A stretch of 60,249 nt of DNA from contig SYOC01000311.1 in NCBI GenBank assembly GCA_005804965.1, positions 1 through 60,249 on the forward strand, written 5' to 3'. Positions 53,121 to 60,249 of this stretch are shown piece by piece (within the stretch, counting starts at the first letter, position 1; every line of letters starts with the position of its first letter). The stretch comes from Pseudomonadota bacterium. Its GTDB lineage: Bacteria; Desulfobacterota; Binatia; Bin18. Below the pieces are notes generated by a model. That model was not told the origin of the DNA and did not search any database. It saw nothing but the letters and a program-made list of their open reading frames with translations. The position numbers were made by a program, and so were the translations under genes.

Positions 53121-54077
53121 TCAGGATGGCGAGGACGCTAATGCTTCAAGCACGGCCGCGCACAGGAGCGGGAACATAATTTCATGATGTCCGGTCAACT
53201 GGAAGCCGCGCCCACCTTGCAGCGTCGGGCGCGTGACGACATTGACGGCGGGACGATAGTGACGCACGAAGTCGAGGTCCGCCGTGGTGAAATTCTCCAC
53301 ACGATGCCCGAGATTACGCGCCAAATTCAGCGCTTTCAGAAACACTTCGGGGATAACGACAGCAGAACCGAGGTTGAGAAAGACGCCGCCTTCCAGATGG
53401 GCAACGACTCCGGCCAACGCATAAAAATCGCGCAGACTCCCCTCGCCGATGGCAGCACCATCGGTCTGCGGATGCATGTGGATGATGTCCGCCCCGATGG
53501 TGACATGGACAGAGACCGGCAGGCCGAGACGCGCCCCTGCCGCTACAATACTCAAGTGTTGATGCGGAAGTTGCGCGGCCAAGACCTGCTCGCCGACGGC
53601 TTGCCCAATGCCCAGCCCCTGCTCCTTCACGCCGATCCGCATGGCCGTATTCAGAAACTCACCGGTCTCGCGCACCATACCAAAGCTTCCGTCAGCCAAA
53701 GTCGCGGTCACATCTTCGGAAGTTTGCCCTTGATAGGCCAACTCAAAATCGTGAACGATGCCGGCACCGTTCATGGCCACAGCGGAAAAGATGCCTCGGT
53801 CAAGGAAATCGATGATCAATGGAGAAAGGCCGACTTTAATAGGATGCGCCCCCATGCCGAGAATGACTGGGCGTTGGGTCTGCACTGCCGTGGCGATGCG
53901 TCGGGCAAGCTCACGCAGATCGGCTGCGGCTAACGTCTGCGGCAAAGAACGCAAAAACTCGTGGAGCTGCCCTCCCAACGTCCAAGGCGATCCCAAAATT
54001 GCAGTGTCAACCTTGCTGGCTCGTTGAGCGAGGGGATACGTCGCAGCCAGGGAGGGGTCCAAAGGAGGAAATTTCAC
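53121..54077 (-). CDS. Conserved hypothetical protein (possibly deoxyhypusine-synthase-like fold)
   Basis: 318-aa ORF whose start overlaps the gmhA stop (54074-54077). The family assignment is from weak memory only. Confidence 0.45.
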   Translation of the reverse strand: MKFPPLDPSLAATYPLAQRASKVDTAILGSPWTLGGQLHEFLRSLPQTLAAADLRELARRIATAVQTQRPVILGMGAHPIKVGLSPLIIDFLDRGIFSAVAMNGAGIVHDFELAYQGQTSEDVTATLADGSFGMVRETGEFLNTAMRIGVKEQGLGIGQAVGEQVLAAQLPHQHLSIVAAGARLGLPVSVHVTIGADIIHMHPQTDGAAIGEGSLRDFYALAGVVAHLEGGVFLNLGSAVVIPEVFLKALNLARNLGHRVENFTTADLDFVRHYRPAVNVVTRPTLQGGRGFQLTGHHEIMFPLLCAAVLEALASSPS

Positions 54078-54664
54078 ACGCGGCCGCTTTCTGAACCGAA
54101 CAGAATCTGATCCACCATCTCACAGATCACATGCCCAACGAGAATGTGCGTCTCTTGGATGCGCGGTGTACTTGATGTTGCCGACACACACAACAACGCA
54201 TCGACAAGCGCGGCCATCTTGCCACCAGATCCGCCAGTCAACCCCACGGTATAAATGCCTAATGCACGACAAACTTCGAGCGCACGCAAGACATTCGCTG
54301 AATTGCCACTGGTAGAAAGCGCCAGAGCGACATCGCCGCGCCGGCCTAGCGCCTGTATTTGTTTCGCGAACACCTCAGCCACAGAATAATCGTTGGCAAT
54401 AGCGGTCAACGTCGAAGTATCCGTGGTCAGTGCCAGAGCCGGCAGAGGCGGGCGTTCGATCACATAACGATTCACAAATTCCGCTGCGAGATGTTGGGCA
54501 TCGGCAGCGCTGCCGCCATTGCCGAACAAGAGGAGCTTCCCGCCAGCCCGAAAAGTGCGAACAATGGTGTTAATCACCTGCTCAAGGGTAGCAGCATTAT
54601 CGGAGAGGAATTGCTGTTTCGCGGCAATGCTTGCGGCGAAGATCGTGCCGATTGACGTTTTCAT
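54074..54664 (-). CDS. gmhA: D-sedoheptulose-7-phosphate isomerase (SIS domain)
   Basis: KLLLFGNGGSAADAQHLAAEFVNRY...ALSTSGNSANV...TGG.GGK are classic GmhA motifs. Confidence 0.88.
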   Translation of the reverse strand: MKTSIGTIFAASIAAKQQFLSDNAATLEQVINTIVRTFRAGGKLLLFGNGGSAADAQHLAAEFVNRYVIERPPLPALALTTDTSTLTAIANDYSVAEVFAKQIQALGRRGDVALALSTSGNSANVLRALEVCRALGIYTVGLTGGSGGKMAALVDALLCVSATSSTPRIQETHILVGHVICEMVDQILFGSESGRV

Positions 54665-54726
54665 AAAGATTCTCGGATCTTAGGGACCGCTAGAAAACCA
54701 GTCAACCCACAGGGCTTCGTGCCCGC

Positions 54727-54756
54727 TTGACACCGCACGGAATTTCGTGAATAACA
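54727..54756 (+). promoter_or_regulatory. Candidate sigma-70 promoter for the 5S rRNA gene
   Basis: TTGACA (54727-54732), an 18-nt spacer, then an extended -10 TGaATAACA (54748-54756). It lies about 18 nt upstream of the 5S 5' end. Confidence 0.45.
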
Positions 54757-54773
54757 TCCCCACAACAAAATTA

Positions 54774-54891
<118 letters not shown>

Positions 54892-54940
54892 TTTTTCATT
54901 TCTGACGCCAGCCTCCAAGCTGGACGAGGAAACGACCTGA

Positions 54941-55016
54941 GCGGGCGTAATTCAGCTGGCAGAATGCCAGCTTCCCAAGCTGGACGTCGCCGGTTCGAAT
55001 CCGGTCGCCCGCTCCA
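54941..55016 (+). tRNA. tRNA-Gly (anticodon CCC), CCA encoded
   Basis: GCGGGCG-TA-ATTC-AGCTGGCA-GAAT-G-CCAGC-TTCCCAA-GCTGG-ACGTC-GCCGG-TTCGAAT-CCGGT-CGCCCGC-T-CCA folds as a cloverleaf by hand. Confidence 0.9.
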
Positions 55017-55042
55017 CCTCAACCCTAGCTCCTGACTGCCCT

Positions 55043-55258
55043 ATGCGCTCCGTGAAGTGCCCAACCTGCCGAACGCCAGTGCTCTGGCAAGGTAATCCCT
55101 ATCGCCCATTCTGTTCAGACCGTTGCCGCCTCCTCGACCTCGGAGCCTGGGCGGACGAATCTTATCGACTGCCAGGGGAACACATCTCGGAGGACGAAGA
55201 TGCTCTAGACCCCTCAGCCGCTACGGCAAAGCAAAAGCCCTCCTCTAAACGAGCATAA
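55043..55258 (+). CDS. yacG: DNA gyrase inhibitor YacG (zinc finger)
   Basis: [40 protein letters not shown] matches the YacG consensus. Confidence 0.85.
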   Translation: MRSVKCPTCRTPVLWQGNPYRPFCSDRCRLLDLGAWADESYRLPGEHISEDEDALDPSAATAKQKPSSKRA

Positions 55259-55295
55259 CCTTCACTTTCCACCCCTTATTTTCGACAGGCCCTCC

Positions 55296-56099
55296 ATGCC
55301 TATCCACCCTACCGCGTTGATTGACCCCCGAGCCGACATTCACTCAGAGGCAGACATTGGCCCGTATGTCGTTATTGATGGGCCGGTGCGCATCGGTCGC
55401 AAGACCAAAATTCTGGCGCACGCGGTACTGACCGGGAACACAGACATCGGAACGGAGAATGAGATTCACATGGGCGCGGTCATCGGCCATGTTCCGCAAG
55501 ATCTTGCGTACAATGGTGCCCCGACTGCGCTCATCATCGGTCATCGCAACATCATCCGTGAGCACAGCCAAATTCATCGTGGCACCAAGGAAGGCAGCGC
55601 GACCATCATCGGCGACGATAACTTCCTGATGCATCACTCGCACGTGGCGCACAACTGCCAGATCGGTAATCACACGATCATCGCCGGTGGCGCGTTATTG
55701 GCCGGGTACGTGCAGGTCGAAGATCGCGCTTTTGTGTCTGGTAACTGCGTCGTCCATCAGTTCGTGCGCATCGGCACGCTCGCCATTTTGCGCGGGCTGT
55801 CGCGTACCAGCCGCGACGTACCGCCGTTCTGCATTATGGACGGTACCCACACGGTGCGGGGCATTAACATCGTTGGGCTGCGGCGAGCGGGCTTTGACCG
55901 CGAGCGCATCCGTGCACTCCGGCACGCATTCATGCGGCTGTTCCATCAGCGCGTCAACCTCCGGCGCGTGGTCGAAGAATTACGCCAAGAATCCTGCACG
56001 GCGGATGTAACCTACCTGCTTGATTTCATCCAGCAATCCACGCGCGGGGTGTGTTTTGGCCCGAAGAGCGGACAGGCAGAAGAAGAGCTTGGGGAATGA
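55296..56099 (+). CDS. lpxA: Acyl-ACP--UDP-N-acetylglucosamine O-acyltransferase
   Basis: MPIHPTALIDPRADIHSEADIGPYVVIDGPVRIG has hexapeptide repeats. It also has ...GINIVGLRRAGF...I..L..AF. Length is 267 aa. Confidence 0.9.
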   Translation: MPIHPTALIDPRADIHSEADIGPYVVIDGPVRIGRKTKILAHAVLTGNTDIGTENEIHMGAVIGHVPQDLAYNGAPTALIIGHRNIIREHSQIHRGTKEGSATIIGDDNFLMHHSHVAHNCQIGNHTIIAGGALLAGYVQVEDRAFVSGNCVVHQFVRIGTLAILRGLSRTSRDVPPFCIMDGTHTVRGINIVGLRRAGFDRERIRALRHAFMRLFHQRVNLRRVVEELRQESCTADVTYLLDFIQQSTRGVCFGPKSGQAEEELGE

Positions 56100-56257
56100 G
56101 AAGGCAGCGACCATGCTGAAGAGGGCACGACAATCCGGATGGCTTTGTTGCAGACATCAGCAGTGACCACGCCCGGCTCCTGTTTCCGGTCCGAGCTACG
56201 CTCGATAGCTATCGAACAGGCCCGCATCTCCTCTGTGCCGTCGTGCTACAAACGTGG

Positions 56258-56869
56258 TCAGCGCTCGCCGTGCGTAATAGGAATGTGTCGCGGTTGTAAT
56301 CGCACCCGCTCCAGCCATGCACGGATGTAGGGATAACGACTCAAGTCAAACTCGCCTTCATGCGCAACATGAGTGTAGGCATACAGGGCAATGTCAGCGA
56401 TGGAGTAGCGGCCGCCGACAAAGAAGGTGCACTCAGTGAGATGTTTCTCCATCACGTCCAACGCGGCATAGCCGAGCGCCTGTTTCTGTGGCAACTGCGC
56501 ACGTCGCTCCGGGGTCAGGAGCTGATGCGAGATCCAGAAGCGCGAGGTCGCGATATTCGGCTCGTGACTATACTGCTCAAAACCCATCCACTGGAGGACC
56601 TGCGCTCGCTGCCAACGATCCGACGGCAGCAGCGGCGTCCCCTCGGCCAGATAGAAAAGGATCGCATTCGACTCCGCTAAAAATTCCCCTGGCGCAACCT
56701 CCAAGACGGGAATGCGTCCATTAGGATTCTTTGCCAGAAAATCCGGGGTGCGCGTTTCACCCTTGACGATGTCTAGCTCGACTCTGTCAAAAGGGATACC
56801 GAGCTGCGTCAACAGCAAGCGCACTTTGTAGCCATTGCCAGATTCCAAGTAGTCGTACAAACGGAACAT
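56258..56869 (-). CDS. Glutathione S-transferase
   Basis: ORF trimmed to ATG 56869, which is preceded by GGAGGAA. MFRLYDYLESGNGYKVRLLLTQLGIPFDRVELDIVKGETRTPDFLAKNPNGRIPVLE is a GST N-terminal thioredoxin-like domain. Confidence 0.85.
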   Translation of the reverse strand: MFRLYDYLESGNGYKVRLLLTQLGIPFDRVELDIVKGETRTPDFLAKNPNGRIPVLEVAPGEFLAESNAILFYLAEGTPLLPSDRWQRAQVLQWMGFEQYSHEPNIATSRFWISHQLLTPERRAQLPQKQALGYAALDVMEKHLTECTFFVGGRYSIADIALYAYTHVAHEGEFDLSRYPYIRAWLERVRLQPRHIPITHGER

Positions 56870-56928
56870 CACCGATTCCTCCAATCTCCTCAGCAAAGAC
56901 ATTTCCAAGAGATGATAGCGACGAACGA

Positions 56929-56969
56929 AGGGGCTCGCAGCGAGATTCCTCGCTGCGCTCGGAATGACA
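56929..56969. repeat. REP-like palindromic element ending in GGAATGAC (same family as 13238..13311)
   Basis: aggggctcgcagcgagattcctcgctgcgctcggaatgac. The hairpin is gcagcgag-attc-ctcgctgc (56937-56956). It is intergenic between the acyl-CoA synthetase and the GST gene, and may double as a terminator. Confidence 0.5.
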
Positions 56970-57017
56970 TTCCTGAAAAGCTCCATCGTACAGCGTACGA
57001 AGGTCATGCACTCTGGC

Positions 57018-58550
57018 TTAGCTCTCGCGTAGCTTATTACGTTCGACCTTGCCCATAGCATTGCGCGGGACAGCGTCGAGAAAGCGGTAGACGCGCGGAC
57101 GTTTGTACGGTGCCAAATCCTTCTCCGCTTTGGCGCGTAACCGTTGCTCTAACGCTTCCGGTGCTTCTCCGCTACGTGCCACGATGAACGCGGCGATGCG
57201 CTCGCCTAGGTCCGGGTCCGGTATACCGACGACTGCACACTCGGCCACTCCTTCGTCGGTTTCCAACACGGCTTCAACTTCGCCTGGGGTCACGTTGGTG
57301 CCACCAACGATGATGAGTTCTTTCATGCGGCCAAGAATAGCAACGTAGCCATCAGTCGAGAACGCGCCGAGGTCGCCGGTGCGAAACCATTTGCCAGAGA
57401 AGGCTGCCGCTGTCGCTTCTGGGTTATGCCAGTACCCACCAAACACGTTTGGTCCGCGCACCCAAATCTCGCCAGTTTCCCCGAGCTGCAACTGCTGTTG
57501 CGTTTGTGGGTCGAAGATACCAACCTCCACTCCCGGCAATGGGAGACCAACGCTGCCAGGTTTTTGCTGACCACGCGGCGGCAACGGATTGGACGTGTTG
57601 ATGGCAGTTTCCGTGAGACCGTAGCGTTCCACCAGCGTAAACCCGAAGCGTTCCTGAAAACGACGAAAGGTTTCCGGCGAGAGTGGGGCCGAGCCGCAGG
57701 TGAGCAAACGTATAGACGAAAGATCGACAACCCCATCTACGTCAAGCATGCGGTGATACATGGTTGGCACCCCCATAAACACCGTCACGCGCTGGGGTCC
57801 GAACGCCTGTACAACCACCGCAGGGTCGAAGCGCTCTAATAGCACGACCGAGTTACCGACATAGAGCGAGCCGTAGATTCCCAAGCCCAAGCCATGCAAA
57901 TGATGCGGAGGCAAGGTATGGAGGAGACGATCCTGCTCGGTCATTGCCCACGTATCGACCAACAGGGCTTGAAGATTAGAGCGCAAGTTCGCATGCGTAA
58001 GCCCCACACCTTTGGGCACGCCAGTCGTGCCGCTGGTAAACAACAATAAGGCGAGATCATCGTCATTGCGCTTAACCGGCTCTGCTCCAGGCTGATGAGC
58101 AGCGAGAACTTCGCCCATAGCAATCGTACCGGGTGGTAACACTTCGTCTTGGCCGACGATCCACCACGGGCCGTGTACAGCAGACACGATCTGCGGGGAG
58201 CGCGTCACAGTATCAGCATGAGAGATCGCTAACCGCACCTCAGCCTTCTCCAGCACAGCCTCGGTTTCGCGCGCGGTCAGCGCCGGGTTGAGCGGGACCA
58301 CGCCAGCACCGATGCCTAAGACCGCGAGATGCGCCGTGACCAGTCCAGAGGCTTTGCCGAGAGACAATGCCACGCGGTCACCGGGGCCGACCCCTGCGGC
58401 CTGGAGCGCCGCCATCCAGCGCGAGGCCTCGGCCTGTAACCCGCTCCGAGTTTGTCGCCACGTGATAGTGCCATTGGCTTCGAGTCGTTCGAGGATGACT
58501 CGCTCGCCCTGCTGCTGCAAATGTTGCCAGAAATGTTGTGCCAAATTCAT
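57018..58550 (-). CDS. AMP-dependent acyl-CoA synthetase/ligase
   Basis: The AMP-binding motifs are LLFTSGTTGVPKGV, ...YGLTET... and ...WFRTGDLG...GR.KE. The start is uncertain (58550, 58568 or 58622). Confidence 0.85.
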   Translation of the reverse strand: MNLAQHFWQHLQQQGERVILERLEANGTITWRQTRSGLQAEASRWMAALQAAGVGPGDRVALSLGKASGLVTAHLAVLGIGAGVVPLNPALTARETEAVLEKAEVRLAISHADTVTRSPQIVSAVHGPWWIVGQDEVLPPGTIAMGEVLAAHQPGAEPVKRNDDDLALLLFTSGTTGVPKGVGLTHANLRSNLQALLVDTWAMTEQDRLLHTLPPHHLHGLGLGIYGSLYVGNSVVLLERFDPAVVVQAFGPQRVTVFMGVPTMYHRMLDVDGVVDLSSIRLLTCGSAPLSPETFRRFQERFGFTLVERYGLTETAINTSNPLPPRGQQKPGSVGLPLPGVEVGIFDPQTQQQLQLGETGEIWVRGPNVFGGYWHNPEATAAAFSGKWFRTGDLGAFSTDGYVAILGRMKELIIVGGTNVTPGEVEAVLETDEGVAECAVVGIPDPDLGERIAAFIVARSGEAPEALEQRLRAKAEKDLAPYKRPRVYRFLDAVPRNAMGKVERNKLRES

Positions 58551-58697
58551 GACCAGATTCTGTACCATACTGAGGCTGACCGTCACAAGGCACATCTCGC
58601 CTGCTGCAAAAACTGTTGACAATTTCTCGCCAATAAGGCAATACCCGGCTCAGGGCCGCATCTTTCCCCTGGATCCCTCGAAGGAGGAGAAATAACG

Positions 58698-60249
58698 ATG
58701 TTGCGAGAGAACCGTCCCAAAACTCGCCTGGAATCGCTCCAAGCGCAAGTCGCGTATGGCGAGCGCGTGCGGCGTGTCATCAACCGCATCCACGCCGCCA
58801 AAGATTTGGACCAACTCTTCATTGAGCTGCACGACGAGATTCTCGGTTTGTTCGATGCCGAACGGTTGGCACTGTACGCCGTCGATTACGACCAGAAGGA
58901 AGTGTACTCGCGCTTCTCCGACCTTAATACCGTGCGTGAGGTGCGGGTCGCACTCAACGACCAGAGCCTCGTTGGCTTCGTGGCGCGTAATGGCTTGACC
59001 GTCAATGTCGCCAACGCCTACGACAAAACCGAACTTGCCACAATTAGCCCAACACTCGCTTTCGATAACTCGTGGGACCAACGCAGCGGTATGCGGACCA
59101 CACAAGTGCTGACCGTACCGGTGCGCGTCTCCGGTCAAGCCTTGATTGGCGTCATCCAAATCATTAACAAGAAATCTACTGAACGCTTCACCCGTGACGA
59201 CGAAGAGCGGGTCCAAGAGATTGCCGCCACCCTCGGCATTGCTTTGCAACGACAGTATCAACTGGCGCAGCGGAAACCGTCGCGCTTCGATGGTCTTCTG
59301 TCTTCCAGTCTGCTGACGCAGGCTGAATTAGACGCGGCCATCGCCACCGCCCGCGACACGCAGCGCCCGCTCGAAATTGTCCTGCTAGAGACCTACAAAA
59401 TCGCGCGTGCCGACTTAGGGCGTTCGTTGAGCGCGTTTTATAAATGTCCGTTCTTTACTGCCAACGAGCGAGTGCGCATCCCATCAGCGCTGCTGAAAAA
59501 CCTGAATCTCAACTACCTCAAAGCCAATATCTGGGTGCCGCTCCGGGCCACGGAACGAATTGTCGAAGTGGTGATCGACGACCCACACGCGATGAAAGTG
59601 CAGGATATCAAACGCCGCTTTCCGTTGCAGGAAGTCCAATTTCAGGTCGGCTTGCGCGATGATATTGAACGCCTCATTGTCACGGCCAGCGGGGAAGCCA
59701 TTGCCGACGGGCGGAGTGATGTGTCGGCACGTTCTGGCTTGATGGGCGGGGAGCGAGCCGCTCGCAAAGAGTCAATGACCGGACTTTCATTAGATGAAAA
59801 TGCCAACGACGTTGTGCGCCTTGTGAATAAAATGGTGCTCGATGCCCACACGAGAGGCGCATCGGATATTCACATCGAGCCGTATGGAGACAAAGCCGAA
59901 ACCGTGATCCGCTTTCGCATCGACGGCCATTGCCACGAGTATCAAAAGGTGGCGGCAGACTACCGCCGTCCGCTCGCTTCGCGACTCAAAATCTTGGCGC
60001 AGCTCGACATCGCCGAGCGTCGCAAACCGCAAGACGGCAAGATCAAATTCGCGTTACCGGATCGCGAGATCGAACTCCGTGTCGCTACGATTCCCACGGC
60101 CGGCGAGGAAAACGAAGATGTCATTCTCCGGCTGTTGACCACAGGCGAACCACGCCCACTCGAACAACTGGCCATGTCAGAGCGGAACCTGCGCGAGTTC
60201 CTCAAACTGCTGAGCAAGCCCTATGGGATTATTCTATGTGTCGGGCCGA
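58698..60249 (+). CDS. gspE: GAF-domain-fused GspE/PilB-type secretion ATPase (5' part; runs off the window)
   Basis: Absent from the ORF track because it is open-ended. AAGGAGGAGA lies before ATG 58698. My translation is MLRENRPKTRLESLQAQVAYGERVRRVINRIHAAKDLDQLFIELHDEILGLFDAERLALYAVD...LIGVIQIINKK (GAF-like), then ...VVRLVNKMVLDAHTRGASDIHIEPYGDKAETVIRFRIDGHCHEY...LKILAQLDIAERRKPQDGKIKF...LRVATIPTAGEENEDVILRLL (the GspE N2/ATPase entry region). Confidence 0.8.
   Translation, partial: MLRENRPKTRLESLQAQVAYGERVRRVINRIHAAKDLDQLFIELHDEILGLFDAERLALYAVDYDQKEVYSRFSDLNTVREVRVALNDQSLVGFVARNGLTVNVANAYDKTELATISPTLAFDNSWDQRSGMRTTQVLTVPVRVSGQALIGVIQIINKKSTERFTRDDEERVQEIAATLGIALQRQYQLAQRKPSRFDGLLSSSLLTQAELDAAIATARDTQRPLEIVLLETYKIARADLGRSLSAFYKCPFFTANERVRIPSALLKNLNLNYLKANIWVPLRATERIVEVVIDDPHAMKVQDIKRRFPLQEVQFQVGLRDDIERLIVTASGEAIADGRSDVSARSGLMGGERAARKESMTGLSLDENANDVVRLVNKMVLDAHTRGASDIHIEPYGDKAETVIRFRIDGHCHEYQKVAADYRRPLASRLKILAQLDIAERRKPQDGKIKFALPDREIELRVATIPTAGEENEDVILRLLTTGEPRPLEQLAMSERNLREFLKLLSKPYGIILCVGP

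Noticed and set aside
54892-55042. A possible integrated mobile element at the tRNA-Gly gene.
   Set aside because: No integrase, excisionase or 3'-end tRNA duplication lies downstream, and yacG and lpxA follow immediately. Only the short upstream anticodon-arm duplicate was kept, as a low-interest finding.
58650-59261. A 203-aa minus-strand ORF.
   Set aside because: The plus strand carries a strong SD plus ATG (58698) and an uninterrupted GAF-GspE reading frame to the window end. The minus ORF has no motifs.

Overview
60,249-bp GC-rich chromosomal segment from a diderm bacterium, shown by LpxA, a FadL-type porin, a secretin and many lipobox proteins. The lineage cannot be named from sequence alone. 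The gene style and the 'GTCATTCC...GGAATGAC' intergenic palindromes recall uncultivated soil deltaproteobacteria-, Rokubacteria- or Binatota-like MAGs, but that is only a guess. No BLAST or HMM search was possible, so all family names rest on motifs read in the translations. I count about 55 protein genes, one 5S rRNA and one tRNA-Gly(CCC). I saw no CRISPR array, transposase or integrase. Layout: (i) 1-3.9 kb holds glycan genes: a priming sugar-transferase fragment, a GT2, a GT2-like gene and a GT4. (ii) 5.3-23.6 kb is a DUF-rich envelope block. It contains a Gly/Ser-rich secreted protein, a DUF2092 LolA-like protein, a GxSxG hydrolase lipoprotein, DUF4105, DUF4410 and DUF3313 proteins, a FadL porin, a Cys-type arylsulfatase and several small membrane proteins. 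Four copies of a conserved three-box GGTTCAG array punctuate this block, all intergenic with identical 21/12-bp spacing. The block also encodes a 1004-aa winged-helix + P-loop + TPR (STAND-type) regulator, which is the obvious candidate binder. (iii) 23.7-36.8 kb is a second glycan block. It has an ArnC/ArnT-like pair, two tandem paralogous GT2+GT4 fusion enzymes, then GT2, GT4, GT2 and a SAM methyltransferase. Three of these carry C-terminal coiled coils, and one has five tandem 35-aa (105-bp) units. (iv) 36.9-40.5 kb is a defence/addiction islet inserted in the glycan operon: an orphan 56-aa RHH protein, a type II restriction enzyme, a C5 cytosine methyltransferase and HicAB. (v) 40.6-44.7 kb encodes a Wzm/Wzt ABC exporter, with a Wzt C-terminal glycan-binding-like domain, plus a NodU/CmcH carbamoyltransferase. 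(vi) 44.7-51.8 kb is a compact T2SS/T4P-hybrid apparatus: GspF, GspG, a PilM-PilN fusion, PilO-like and PilP-like proteins and a secretin. The secretin carries a ~129-aa Gly/Ser/Arg insert, and its upstream neighbour ends in a 28-residue poly-Asp/Glu tail. (vii) 51.8-60.2 kb is housekeeping: an LLM oxidoreductase, GmhA, a 5S rRNA gene unlinked from any 23S, tRNA-Gly, YacG, LpxA, a GST, an acyl-CoA synthetase and a GAF-fused GspE ATPase that runs off the window.
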